This document shows positions 38,950 through 52,430 of a DNA stretch of 64,000 nucleotides, piece by piece. This DNA is from Lama guanicoe (Eukaryota). Position 1 is the stretch's first letter. Each line of letters opens with the position of its first letter. The stretch covers positions 62,001 to 126,000 of the forward strand of contig MU054120.1 of assembly GCA_013239625.1 (NCBI GenBank), read 5' to 3'. The notes under the pieces were generated by a model, which ran no database searches, had not been told where the DNA came from, and saw only the letters and a program-made list of their open reading frames with translations. The position numbers and the translations under genes are program-made.

Positions 38950-39519
38950 CTTAGTTCTCAAAATGAGACTTGAAACTGAAAATAATGTAACTTGGAGCCC
39001 TGAAAATTTGTATCATTCCCTGTGGGAACAGACAGTATAAGGTAGATTGAAAGAGCTTGCATGTCTCTAATCCCTCCTCCAAGTTTGAGCATTCAAATAA
39101 TGGGTATGTTAGTAAAATAAATAATAGTGAAATCGACAGCACACACACCTGCCACTGTCCTGTCCCAAAGGTGTATCACTGGAAACATTTGATAAAAATG
39201 CAAACAGTGGTAGAGGAATGGTAGCAGTGTCATTCATGTGGAAAGGACGAGAACAACCACATGGAGTAACCACAAGAAGCCCTGGTAGATGTGCACTGCA
39301 TAGCAGCAACAAAATAATCTACGAAGTGCAGGTTCCATTTGTAGTGAGCTATGAATGCCTAAGTGTTAGAAAACAGATTCCAGGTCAGCAAGAGGAAGCA
39401 GAAACAATCCATGTTAGTCTTTCCCTACCTCCCCACCAGGAGTGTGGCAGAAGTTTAGCACTCAATACCAGGCATTAACAATGGAAAAGAAGCCTATGTC
39501 TAGGTTTAGTGGTAGTGGT

Positions 39520-39760
39520 GGTAGCAGCAGTTACTATACTTAACTTAGTGCTTACTGTATGCTTAGCATGGTTCAAAATGCTTTCACTGAAATAACTCAT
39601 TGAACGCAAGCTACCTTATGGGCAGGTACCATTAACTCCATGTTATATAAGGAAACTGATGGACAGAACAGTTTAATAGATGGGCCATATTTCCACAGCT
39701 AGTAAGTAGATTTGGAACTTGGTCATAGACCATCTGCTCCAGAATATGAGCATACAAACC
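39520..39760 (-). mobile_element. MIR SINE
   Basis: GTGCTTACTGTATGC...CCATGTTATATAAGGAAACTGATGGACAGA...CACAGCTAGTAAGTAGA. Confidence 0.6.
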
Positions 39761-41359
39761 CTGCCTTCATTGTTCCCAGGCTTCACTTCTAGGCAGAATC
39801 CTTTGCAAATGCAGACACTCTGTTGTTGGGGTGACTGCAGATGACCATGGGGTAGTGTTAGAGGCCCTTCATGTTCCATGACCTAATTGCTTTGCATTCC
39901 TGCCGATGCCTACGACCTGGGAGAATCAAATGAGGGTTGAATCGCAGTGAAGACCTGAGCAGGGCATCCTCACTTTATGAAGGGTTCACGTTTCTTCAGG
40001 GTTCTCTCTGTGTGTCTGCATCAGAGGAAAGCTTCTTGCTTCGCTATTTCTCCTAAGGATATTACATCAGAAATAAGCAGCTTATTTCCCATTACTTCTT
40101 TTTATCTAAAGACTCAGAAAACTAGTTATTGACTTAACTATTATGTTTTGCTTAGAGTGAAATGATTAATAAACATTTAAGATTCCAACAAATTTTATTT
40201 TCAGTCCCCTGAGGAGACACTTTTCTCTAAATGAGATTTCAGAATTTTGCATTCTTAACCAAATTATGTGATGAAATAAGTTTATTTATTTTATGCTTAT
40301 TCCCTTGAAAATGTGCACTCACAGATAGTATTCTGGGTGAAATGCCTGACATGTTAACATACCTAGATGGCTTACCAGTATTTAAAAATTATGAACATGA
40401 TTAATTTCATTTTCCTTAATATAGTTTCCATTATATTAAGATACAAATATATCTTAATATGTCTTCTATTCTAACTGAAGGGCAACCATCAAAAGGATCA
40501 TCCATTAAAATAGCAGATATGTGATTAAATAAATCTCAGAATCGTCTCAAAAGCACCCACAATTACATAAACTAAAACAAGAAAAGAAGTTTTGAGTCAT
40601 TCTACTGACTAATATTTTCCAATCTCATGTAATCTAATCACAAATTAAATACCTTTAGTGAAATCTCATTAATGAATTGCTCTTCTGCATAATTATGCAT
40701 GTCTAATTGCTGTAACCTCTAGAAAATATTTTCTGTGTTCTGAGTACATCAAATAGATATCAAGCACTTCCATCTCAGCTTCAAATTAGTTTTAAACGGA
40801 GGAAATTAAAAATAACCTCGTCTTATTGAAATTAAAGTAAAATAGCAATTAATAAATTACTTTTATGTAATTCATAATAAAATTATTTATTTCACTAACA
40901 GAAGTTTCAGGAATAGTAACTGTAATTGTTCCAATTTTATGCTTTAAAACATGAAATATTTTGAAGGTTAAAATCTCAACATGTGAGGGGTATAGGTGAT
41001 TATTTTTTAGATGAATTTCTAAAAATTAATTTCCCTCTCTATATGATAATTTTCTAAACCCATATATATCTTTAGGTTAATTAACCCACGTGAAACTGCT
41101 AACATTTGACATTTTATGATCCATAAAACATCAACCTAACCTATTTATATCTGAAACATTTACTATTAATGTCGCCTAATGTCGTAATACTTTCCTATAT
41201 CCTTGATTTTCTCTTCTGCTACGTTGTCTATTTGTTTCTTTGATTTTTTCACTCCTCTCAATTCTTCTAATAGCTGATTAAGAGAGTTTTTAATATAATA
41301 ACACTTTACATGTTTTAATCCATTTAAGATTCTGTATAATCTTCTCAGTAAGAATTACT

Positions 41360-43711
41360 TCATAGAATGAGTTTGGGTGTATTTGCTCCCTTTCAACCTT
41401 CTGGAAGAGTTTGAGAAGGACTGGTATGTGTTCTTCTTTGTATGTTTGGTAGAATTCCCCGGTGAAGCCGTCTGGTCCTGGACTTTTATTTGTAGGGAGG
41501 TTTTTTTATTGCTAATTTGATTTCATTTCTACTGATCAGTTTGTTCAAGTGGTCAGTTTCTTCTTGGTTCAGTCTTGGTGGACTGTATGTTTCCAGAAAT
41601 TTGTGCATCTCCTCTAGGTTATCCATTTTGGTTCCAGAGTTTTTCATAATCTCATATGTTATTCTGTATTTCTATTTTCTTTATTGTAATTTCTCCATTT
41701 TCCTTTCTTATTTTGCTTATTTGTGCTCTCTCTTTTTTCTTCTTTGTGAGTTTGGCCAGAGGTTTGTTGATTTTATTTACTTTTTCAAAAAACCAGCTTT
41801 GGTTTGATTGATTTCTCCTGTGGTTTTTTTAAAATCTATTTTGTTTATTTCCTCCCTGATCTTTATTATTTCTTTTCTTCTGCTGCCTTTTGGGGTTTTT
41901 TGCTCTTCTTTTTCTAATTCATTCAGGTGGTGGGTTAGATTGTTTAAGATTGTTCTTTTTTGAGGAAGGCCTGTATTTCTGTAAACTTCATTCCTAGCAC
42001 TGCCTTTGCTGTGTCCCATGAATTTTGTGTGGTTGTGTTTTCATTTTCATTTGTCTCAAGGTATTTTTCAGTCTCAGCTTTGATTTCCTCATTGACCCAT
42101 TGGTTTTTTGATAGCATATTGTTTAATCTCCATACTTTCCTTTTTTTCTCCTTTGTTTCTCTGTTGTTGATTTCTAGTTTCATGGCATTGTGGTCAGTAA
42201 AGATGTTTGAGATAATTTCTGTCTTCTTAAAATTGTTGAGGTTTCTTTTGTGCCCAAGTACGTGATCAATCCTAGAAAATGTTCCCATGTGCACTTGCAA
42301 ACAATGTATATCCTATTTTGGGGGAGTGTAATGCTCTGAAAATATCCGCCAAATCTAATTTTTCTATTGTATTATTTAATTTCTCCGTAGCCTTATATAT
42401 TTTCTGTCTGGAAGATCTGTCTAGTGATGTTAATGCAGTGTTAAAATCTCCGACTATGATTGTATTCCCATCAATATCCCCCTTTATTTCTGTTAGTAAT
42501 TGTTTTATGTACTTAGGTGCTCCTATATTGGGTGCATATATATTAATGAGTGTAGTATTCTCATCTTGTATTACTCCTTTAATAATTATAAAATGTCCTT
42601 CTCTATCTTTCTTTATGGCCTTTGTTTTAAAGTCTGTTGTGTCTGAAATCAGTACTGCTACACCTGCTTTTTTGGCTTTTCCATTTGCATGGAATATCCT
42701 TTTCCATCCTTTCACTCTCAATCTATATGTGTCCTTCTTCATAAGAAAAAAAACAAACAACCCAATCCAAAAATGGGCAAAAGACCTAAACTAGCAGTTC
42801 TCCAAGGAAGACATACAAAATGATCAATAGGCACATGAAAAAATGCTCAATATCACTAATTATCAGAGAAATGCAAATCAAAACTACAATGAGGTAGCAC
42901 CTCACACCAGTCAGAATGGCCATCATTCAAAAATCCACAAATGACAAATGCTGGGGAGACTGTGGAGTAAAGGGAACCCACCTACACTGCTGGTGGGAAT
43001 GAAGTTTGGTGCAGCCACTGTGGAAAACAGTATGGAGATTCCTCAAAAGCCAAGGAATACACTTACCATATGACCCAGGAATCCCGCTCCTGGGCATGTA
43101 TCCAGAAGGAACCCTACTCCAAAATGACACCTGCACCCCAATGTTCATAGCAGCACTGTTTACAATAGCCAAGACATGGAAAAGCCTAAATGTCCATCGA
43201 CAGATGGCTGGATAAAGAAGAGGTGGTATACTTATACAATGGAATACTATTCAGCCATAAAAACCGACAACATAACGCCATTTGCAGCAACATGGATGCT
43301 CCTGGAGAATGTCATTCTAAGTGAAGTAAGCCAGAAAGAGAAAGAAAAATACCATATGAGATTGCTCATATGTGGAATCTAAAAAAAAAAAAAAAGAAAG
43401 AAAAAACAAACAAAGCAAGCATAAATACAAAACAGAAATAGACTGACAGACATAGAATACAAACTTCTGGTTACCAAGGGGGCGGGGAGTGGGAAGGGAT
43501 AGACTGGGATTTCAAAATGTAGAATAGATAAATAAGATTATACTGTATAGCACAGGGAAATATATACAAGATCTTATGGTAGCTCACAGAGAAAAAAATG
43601 TGACAGTGAATATATATGTTCATGTATAACTGAAAAATTGTGCTGAACACTGGAATTTGACACAACATTGTAAAATGATTATAAATCAATAAATATTGAT
43701 TTAAAAAGAAA
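41360..43711 (+). mobile_element. Young camelid L1, 5'-inverted: ORF2 EN region inverted (41360-42740), ORF2 C-terminus/3' UTR/polyA sense (42741-43711); inserted in a MIR
   Basis: Strand switch of L1 ORF2 homology at about 42740; TSD AAGAATT(A)CT at 41350-41359 and 43712-43720; MIR halves on both flanks. Confidence 0.9.
41777..42737 (-). pseudogene. Frameshifted LINE-1 ORF2p endonuclease-domain remnant
   Basis: RLRVKGWKRIFHANGKAKKAGVAVLISD, NIYAPN, IIVGDFNT, SRIDHVLGHK and FTDHNAMKLEI spread across three frames. Confidence 0.9.
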
Positions 43712-46700
43712 AAGAATTCTATCACCTCCATTTAATAGATGTGAAAACTGAGGTAAAGAGGGATTGAGTATCTCCCTGGTTCTCATAGCCTTTTAATTGT
43801 GGAGTCTTGTACACCCACAGTCTAGCTCTTTGTCATTCCACTCTGCTGATTCCTCTTTTTAAGGTGCTTAAATTATGATGGCTCCTCAGTTTATCATTAA
43901 TATCAGGAATCTAATATTCTTTTTGCTTGGAGCAGTATTTTAATTTCTGCTTTGACATTCATACATTTATTTGCTGTTTCTTGAAGTCAGATGTTCATAT
44001 GCAGTTTTCTATCCCAACGTGCCTTGCCTTGAAATAAATATATGATGTACATTGTGTCTATCCAGGCCTTCTTCTTGTTTGCACTGTTTATTGCAGTAGG
44101 GAAGAAATCTGCCACATTAGATAACATATAAATCCATGAAATGCCACTCAAGTTTCTTTTTTGGATTCAGCAGTGTTTGCTTTTGGAGGGGCCACCTCAG
44201 CTAATTTCCAAATGGTTCAAAGCATCTTTCCTGCAACTCTTTATTTGTGGAACCAGCCTTTCCAAAGGTCAGTGTGTAAATGAGATTCTGTGAAGATTTC
44301 TTCTGACTTTTCATAGTCTACACCATTTTCTCTGAAATGGCTGTTGAAATTGAACTTTCTTAATTGGTTCCATTTGCTGGATATCTATTGTAACACAGAC
44401 TGTGTTTCCAATAGTACTCAAATATTTTTGGCTGTTTCTTAGATCTGTGATTACTTTAGCTGTCTTCTAGCAGGAACTGGTATACTGGTTGTCATCCATT
44501 TGATAAATGCAGAAAGAATGGCTTAAATGAGTAGTATTTCCAGAACATCACCCTCTTATTTCTCCACATTTCCTAAAAGGTATTTGCATACACCTGTTTC
44601 CAAGATTGTTTGATTTAGCCTGATATAAACCATTAAGCTCAAGGTCACCAATTCCCTTTGCATATAAATTTACCTGGACCATTTATCCTTCACGCCCCAA
44701 TAATCTCTTAATCATAATTATTCTCATATACTCTATCATTTTATTTGGATAGCACAATTAAATTCTCTAGGTTTTGGGTTGTGATATTAAAAAAATGCTC
44801 ACAGACTTTACATTATTATACAGAGGTTAATATGTTGGAATAATATCAATAACAAGTATTTACATAAGCCTTCAGTTCTTAAAACATCATATACTTACTC
44901 TATTTTCCTGAAACTAAAAGAGATAAACGGGAACCATGTGGCTAATTATCTAATATGAATTTTTGTTAGTGATAGCAATATCTGTGTTTATGAAATACTT
45001 TCTACCTCTATGCTAAGTGCTTTTTAGTAGGTATTTTATAAAGTAGGTAGTTTTGAATTAAACTTTCTCACCAACACTAAGATATGAGTTCCATATTTTT
45101 CCCCGATGAAGAAGCTGAATAAAGCTAACAGGGGATCACTCTTAGTAGAAGCTCTTTGATCCCAGCCTCTCTGATTCCGAAGTCCATGATCCTATGTTCT
45201 CACCAGGCATCCATCTGATTAAGAGACATACTCTGTCAGCTGCTAAATAAATGTTGTTTATAGAAACAATAAGAAAGTGATGTTTGCCTTGGACACTAAG
45301 CAGAATATTATTGTAGTAATTAGATACAGGTCAGAAGGCAAGTGCTTTAGAGTGGAATTCTCCTACATTCATTTTGGCTCCAGTTATGTGCTGTGTGGTC
45401 TCGTGCAACGAGCTACAACTACATCATCTGCACCCTGGAGCTTAAGGCTGCTCCTCTAACCCTTACGCTGTTTTGAAGATTAAACTAGTTTAAAATTCTT
45501 AGCACATATAGTAGGTACTCAATTTAAGACAATTTAATGCACCTAGTCCGGCACCTATTACTTAGCAGATATGAATGTGTTATTTTAATATGTGCCCGAT
45601 TGAAAATCTCCATTCACAGCAGCACTTAGCATCCTAATTCTATTTGCGTACCATCAAGAAATTATAATTTAAGTGGTCATTAGTGTAATGGGAAGGAAAA
45701 TTTTGCTAATGAAAATAAGTCAAGAAGGGCAAAGGTATTTACAACAGGAAAAAAATCCCGTAGACAAAGTAAATAAACAAGATTTCTACGTAACTATTTT
45801 ACTTATTTGCATCATTAATGCAGCGATTTTACTATGTTACCAATATGTCCTATTTATGTGTAAATATAGTCACTTATGAAACATATTTTAGAAGTTTGTG
45901 AGTATAGCAGATGGTTGTGAAGTTAGAGTAAACAGGAACACCACAGGAATTTTTTTACCAGACAGCCTTAGTACATAACCTTCAGTGTGCGTCCCTGACA
46001 GGATTCTCAGCAATCAGCAATCTGGGAAACTTGACTGCTTTCTCTTTGTGACATTGAAATGCACAGAAACAGAGTGAAAAGGAACATAGGCAATAGTTCT
46101 CGATCTCAGTTTTATGTTAAGACCATCTGGGAGGCTTTTACAGCATACATTTGGCCTCCTACTGCAAACATATTGAATTCCAGGTACGTAGTCCAGCATC
46201 TTAATTTCTTTTAAGCTTCAAATGTGTTTCGGATATGTACTCAGGAATGGGGATTTTTGATGCTGCTTCTGTGACTCAGTCATACATCTGTCACTTCTAT
46301 TGCATGGTATCTTTGAAAATTAATAGCATTTGCTCCTACTTCAAAGCCATTGCTATAAAAATTGAACTTAAAGGTACCTGGATCATAATGGACATTTGGT
46401 AAAAACATCATATGGATATAAAGATACAAATACAGACCTAGACCTGGATGCAGCTATAGACACAGTAAAGAGATCATTCTCTCCTGATTAGTAACAGTGA
46501 GAGCACCTCTTGGCTCCGGGCCCTAAGGGAGTCAGCTGGCATGTCTGACAAGATGGAGCCTTGGCCCTTTTCAGTCTGTCTGTCACCAAATACAGCTCTG
46601 CCATATTTTCATGTGTTTATGCTCCCAGTAGAGAGTAGGCAGTGATCTGATCGTGATAGAAGGTCAAAAACACAGTTACTGAGCACAGTTCCATAGTCAT

Positions 46701-47360
46701 TTCTTACCACAAGTTGTGGAACCATCCCGTTGCAGTAATTACATATTCCTTACCTCTGACTCCTGTCTGGCCTTTTCAGCCCCCAAGGTTTCACTAGCCA
46801 GTGAAGGAATGTCATGAACCGGATTACACCAGTGAGTTTTAAGTTCAGGAGAAGAGTACATTACAGACCTGTGTGATTTCCTGGGTAACATTACTTGAAG
46901 AAGATGAAGCAAAGGTGTGGGCAGGGTTAACACAAATCTTTTTAGATTCATGAGTAACCTTTAATGGTTTAGTTTCAGGCTTCTAGGCAGCAAATTAATT
47001 CCTGTTAGATTAAAGAGCTGAAATAATAGGAGCTATGCACTGGTCTGGTTGAAGATTTAAGAATCAGTATTGATATTTCTCTGTAAAGTTTGGAGGCTGA
47101 AATACATCAAAAGCATATATTCCGAAGGAATAGTCCAATAGAAATTATGGCTAACGGGATTTTTTTTATAATAGTACTGTAAAATACTAGAAAAAAATTT
47201 CAGCAATAGAGAAATGATGAGTTAAATCATGGTATGACTCAGTGACAATTTAACTCTTTGAATGGAAATTGCTTCTTACTAACCCCACATGTTGACCCTC
47301 TCTTCTTAGAGAACCCGGGTGACACATGACCCCTCACCTCTACCCCTTGCCATACTTTAC

Positions 47361-47730
47361 TGTGGTAGATTGCCTGGATTATCATACTATTCCTTTTAGG
47401 ACCAAAGCACTCATTCCTTCACCTGCTGGGAGTGCTGGTAACCAATCGCTCTCTGACAAGTTCCACCCTGACTGTTATTTACTAAATGTTAGCTATGGTG
47501 GTGCAAAAGCTGGCTCTTTTGCCTTGATCCAAGATAAATCTGAAGGGTTATCTTGCTCAAGAGTTGCCTGTAGGATTGTTTGAGACCTTTGTTAAATAAT
47601 TGCTTTGCAGTCCCAAGCTCCCCTTTGCCCACTCGGCTGGCCACAGGTGTTGATTCAAGAGCATTTCCCCAATCAGTTTCCTGAATGCAAATCTCTCAGC
47701 CTCTGCTACCCAAGGAACAAAATCACCAAC
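47361..47730 (+). mobile_element. ERVL solo LTR (LTR16-like)
   Basis: TGTGGTAGAT start, GCACTCATTCCTTCACCTGCTGGGAGTGCTG, CACAGGTGTTGATTCAAGAGCA...CCTGAATGCAAATCTC...CCCAAGGAAC. Confidence 0.65.
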
Positions 47731-47857
47731 TTCCCTGGAGTCGATGCTTCATCAGCTGGGCTGATGCAACTCTCTCTTCTCCAGTTTTGGGGTTCAGTTA
47801 CTGGAACTTGGAAATCATGGCCTAAATTTTTTTTTTCAAATTTAAAAAGAAAATTAT

Positions 47858-47908
47858 GTAGATATTAGATTATATATTAGATAGATAGATATAGATATAG
47901 ATATATAC
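47858..47908. repeat. (TAGA)/(TAGATA)n simple repeat
   Basis: TAGATAGATAGATATAGATATAGATATATAC seen directly. Confidence 0.85.
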
Positions 47909-50900
47909 ATCACATCATACTTATAGCTTAACTTGAACTTTCTTTTTTAATAAATCAAATTTGAATGTAAACTATATGGAACCAATAATTCAGGAGTGTC
48001 ATTAAGTAGAAACAAAAATAGGTTTATGTTAATTCTATCCCTATTCAAGTTGATGTCCTAAAATCGGTTTAGCCAGTCTATTTTAATGAGCTCTTAACTG
48101 ATCTTTGTGCCTCAATTATTTGTCCTCTCCAAATAATCTAATACAATGCTGAGGCAGTAATAATTGTTTAATACACACCACAAAACTTGTCATTGTCAGC
48201 TCAGAAACTTGTGGTGGTCTCACATTGCCCCAGGAGTGAAAAAATTAAGTCTGTATTATTCAACAATCTGGCCCCAACCTAACTTTTCTAGCCTTATGTA
48301 CATTTTCACCCATTTTTTGTTTCTTGCCAATTACCTTTCTTTTCTCCATTTCTGATTTCTCACTTTTTGTTTCTCTGCAATGTCTCTTCCCTACTCCCAA
48401 AGCTCCCAAAGTTAGAGTCCAGGTTAAACGGCACTGTATTTTGTGTTTATACTGTAATCCCCTGGCCAGAGTAAACTTCTGCTTATTTCAAGTACCGTGT
48501 TTTACATTGGAACCTCTCTTACCAGCTGTGACGTTCTACGTTACGGCAAGACAATAGAGCTAATGTCTGTTTATTTCTGCATCTGCCACAAGGCCTTCTC
48601 ATAAAAAGTGCTCAAAAATGTTTTTAAGTAAATCATAGAAAATGGTAAGCTGGAGGACACCATGGCATACTTGACAGGTTTGGGTTTTTTTTTCTGTCAA
48701 TGAAACACTCTTGACAAATTTAGAATTATTTCACTGAGTCAACACTTACTGTTTACCCTTATTAACAAAAATTGCTTTTTACTTGCTGACTAAACCTTAT
48801 GTACTAAGTATTAATAATAATAATAATGTGTCTTCTTCAGTATACTGCAGCAGTCATCCATGAGACAACAGTCCTAACAATTTCTACTGCCCATGTCTTA
48901 TACCATGAACTCAGAGGCAGGTTTTAGGTGTCATTTGGCTGATAATAAAATGAATCAGTCAAAATAATTTATGTATTCGAAGCTTACTTTGCCATATCGA
49001 AAATCCAACTGCAATTGAGCCAGATTACAAAACATTCAATTGCTTAACAAGGGTGTGTTATACCTTCAAAAATTTAAGGAGATTTATAGTTAACAATTTA
49101 TTATATTTAAATTTTCTAAAGGAAAAGGGAAAGATTTTTGTCTCAGTTGCTCTTTCCGTAAAACTGCAGAAACGAGAAAAAAAGTGACTTCAGCATTTTG
49201 GTTTATTTGTCTGTTTTTGTCAACTGAAAATATTAGTGTAGTAGTATCTGCTTAAGGAATCTCAGCATTCTTACATCAGCTTAGCTTGTTTATCTGTGAT
49301 GGGGTAGCTGGAAGGGAGAGAGAATGTCTAAATTAAAAGGACAATAACAAATACATTTTCCTTCAAAGATAAAGGCATTCTTCACATTAAATTTATAAAT
49401 AGGAATAATTTATTGTGAGCCAAGAAGCATGGTTCTAAAGATTGCCCATGATTATCATACTTAAGCTTTACAATTACCTTAAAAAATAAGTATATATGGG
49501 CAGATTAATATTACTCACTAGCCTGGAGCAGGGCTAGCAGAGTACTCAGCAGAGTTATTCCAAGGTACACACACTCTAATTTTATGTAATACTGTCTTTT
49601 GAAGAACTAAAATATTTAAGGGAAATGTGATTTGTACCCATGGTTAAAGAATTCTAGATGATCTAAGCAATTGATATACTAGAATTTAATCAATGCTACT
49701 TTGATGTATCTTTAAATATATGAAGATTATGTGAAGGAGCATCCTTTGTCTCAATAATACATGAATGGATACTTAATAAAAGAATTGATTTGTTTGACAG
49801 TATATAAATCAATCAACCACAGATTCTGTTGAGCAAGAGAGAAACTATTTTTGAGTGTGAAGCAAATCATTGTTGACATTTTATCTTGCTTATTTATATC
49901 CCTAACACTTGAAAGGAAATATCCCTACAATCTCTTACAGGGATGAAAAAGTACATTGGGGAGAGGGTTAATTAATGCTTGTATGACACATGCTCAGAGT
50001 GCTGCTATAGGACAACTTACTGTCCATTATATTGACTTACATGTGGTATCCAGAAAGGAGTTCCACCAAGGGCACAGGTGAGATTTCAAGGGCATCTGCC
50101 ATGGCTCTCCAATGCCATCTCCTAGAATGACGTCACTTATGGGGACAGTATGGAGCTATCACGGTTTCCATAGCGCTCGTCTCTCACCTAGACTATTTCA
50201 GTAGTCTACTAATTCTTCTTCTCAGTTTTACCCTTTTCCCTTAGAACCCATTCTTATCCAGTATTTAGGAGCAGTACCCTAAAATGTAACTCAAGTCATG
50301 TAACTCTACTCCTCTGCTCCAAATCCTTTACTGGGGCTTTTGCTTGCAACTATAAGAGAGTAATTGACCTTGGACTAACCTTTCTACTGGAAAAAATAAA
50401 ATATTCCTGAGAAAAAGTAAATGTTTTGTGGTGAGTCCTATGCTTGCCATAACTTTTTTTTTCACTTGAGATCATTTGCTATTTCTATTCATGAGGCATA
50501 AAGTCAATCAGAAAGCAACATCCAAAAGCTGTGGCAGCCTCACTGATCTGGGGACAAAAAAATTGGGTTTCAGAGCTAGCAAGGAAGTCAGGAATAAGGG
50601 GTCGATATTGCAGACAATATAGAAATGCATAAAAGTACGTCCAATATTCTGTGTGTTATTTCTGATTTCTGATTCCTAAGCCATGCATGCAGGTGGTGAG
50701 AGAATTTTCTACTTGGTAAAGAAATTTAATCTATTGCTAAAAAAAATGAAAATTCTGTAAAGCAAATGCTAGACCCAGATAATTTTCATTGCACTGCCCT
50801 TTTTCATGCCCTGGAGTTGTCACTGGGAAGTGACTGAACATCTGGGGATGATATTCTGCACAATTGTTGCAGTGATGTGGCCATATGACCATGAATTCTA

Positions 50901-51149
50901 ACCTGCAGAGTGGGAGCAGCGGTCACTGCCTTTACTTCTTAGCTCATAACAACCTTGCACCCAACCCTTTTATTATCAATGAGATAAATAAGTATGTCCC
51001 TTTATATGGTGTTCATGTACTTGAAGTTATATCCTATCAGTTGATTTTGCACTAGAAAAGGCTAATCATTTGTTCATCTTGGAAAACTACTAATGTAGTA
51101 TCAGAGACAGATTTGAGCATATTCTAAAGGAAAGAAAATAAGGATCAAA

Positions 51150-51960
51150 GTGCTGATAATATTTCTGAAACAGCAGCAGGCACTGGGAGGGAAGAAGACA
51201 TCTTCAGAGCCAGGGGATATAGAGGAGAGAGATGGGAAAATACAGAGAAAATCAGAGGTGGGGAGAAAGGAGGTGAAGGACCTCGAACTTCGTAGTAAAG
51301 TAGGAGGCTGAGCCATTTGCTAAAGCCAGGAGTAGGTTATGTGGCTGAGACTGCGAAGTCTATTGATGATCTGGGACAGAGATTACGATAAGTAAGAGAG
51401 AATATTAATTAGAGGTAAAATAAAAGGAGTAATAAATAATGGTGACATCTCAAATGTGACTAAATGACCACACGTGCTAAAACTAAAGAACAGTGATGAA
51501 CCAGGACAATGGAAAGAATCTGGCAACACCAATTTAGAATCAGTGAGAGAGAGGTAGTGAGAAAATTTCAGTTTCTGGAACATAGACTGATAGAGCATTA
51601 GGCAGATGTATTACCCAGCGTGAAATGAATAGAAGCAGTATATCTGGTCTTTGGAAGAGAAAGAGAAGGTAAAAAATTTTAAATCTAGCTAAGGACCAAG
51701 GACTTACATGCTTTGTGTTAAAAGGCGAGTTCAAGTGAAAATATGTGAATATGAACGAATGATCATGTTGTAAATCTCAAACAGAATGCTTTGGGAAATA
51801 AGGTGCATGAGCTTGAGTAGAAGTTTCTTGAAGATGAAGTTCAAGCAGAGATTTGGAAAAGAGGAGAGGGGTGGGCAAAACAAAGGTTCCAGGCTGGCAG
51901 AGGTGTAGAGGAAACTCTGAGACTGGAAAGAATCGTCAGAGCTCTCGATGAGCATTCAAG
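51150..51960 (-). mobile_element. L2 ORF2-region fragment (reverse)
   Basis: Purine-rich block with GGTGACATCTCAAATGTGACTAAATGACC and GGAAAGAATCTGGC typical of reversed L2. Confidence 0.45.
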
Positions 51961-52199
51961 CTTTCCTAGGGGTTTGCAGCTCTCTTGCCAAGTGCAAGAC
52001 TAGCCAGGGTCAAAGGGAAGAGAAAGAAAAGCTAAGTCGCTCCACTTGACTCTCAAGGGGTAGCACCGTTAGCACCCTCACCTACAAGAATGGGAAAGCT
52101 TTCTCTGTGTTAGAACCAAATCACTCCAGTCAGATGCAAATGCCTCCTCTGCCTGTACAGAAGAATTCACCCTGATCAAAACCGGATGTTGGTTTAGTG

Positions 52200-52430
52200 C
52201 AGCTGTGGAAACTGAATGAATCTCCAATCAAACAACCTCTTCCCTGCCTCCCAACTCCCACAGCCAACCAATCAGACACACCAAAGATAAGAAATGCCAA
52301 AAGCCTGTTCATTTTGAAGAAGCCCAACAAGCACCGTCCTGTCAGAAGTGAGAGAACAGCATCCCGTCGCCGTGTAGGAAAGGCAGTTCTGAGTCCTTTT
52401 CGGTCATCGTCTGTGAGTGAGTAACTGCAG
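52200..52430 (+). promoter_or_regulatory. Putative promoter/enhancer patch in unique sequence
   Basis: Two CCAATCA boxes (about 52224 and 52268), AGATAAG, six CpGs within about 80 bp, then GTGAGTGAGT donor-like sequence. Confidence 0.3.

Noticed and set aside
42272..42760. 162-aa ORF with endonuclease motifs as a functional gene
   Set aside because: It is an inverted, frameshifted L1 ORF2 fragment whose start lies across the inversion junction and which lacks the EN N-terminus and the RT
42279..42794. 171-aa plus-strand hydrophobic ORF
   Set aside because: Antisense reading of L1 ORF2 running over the inversion junction; a common artefact
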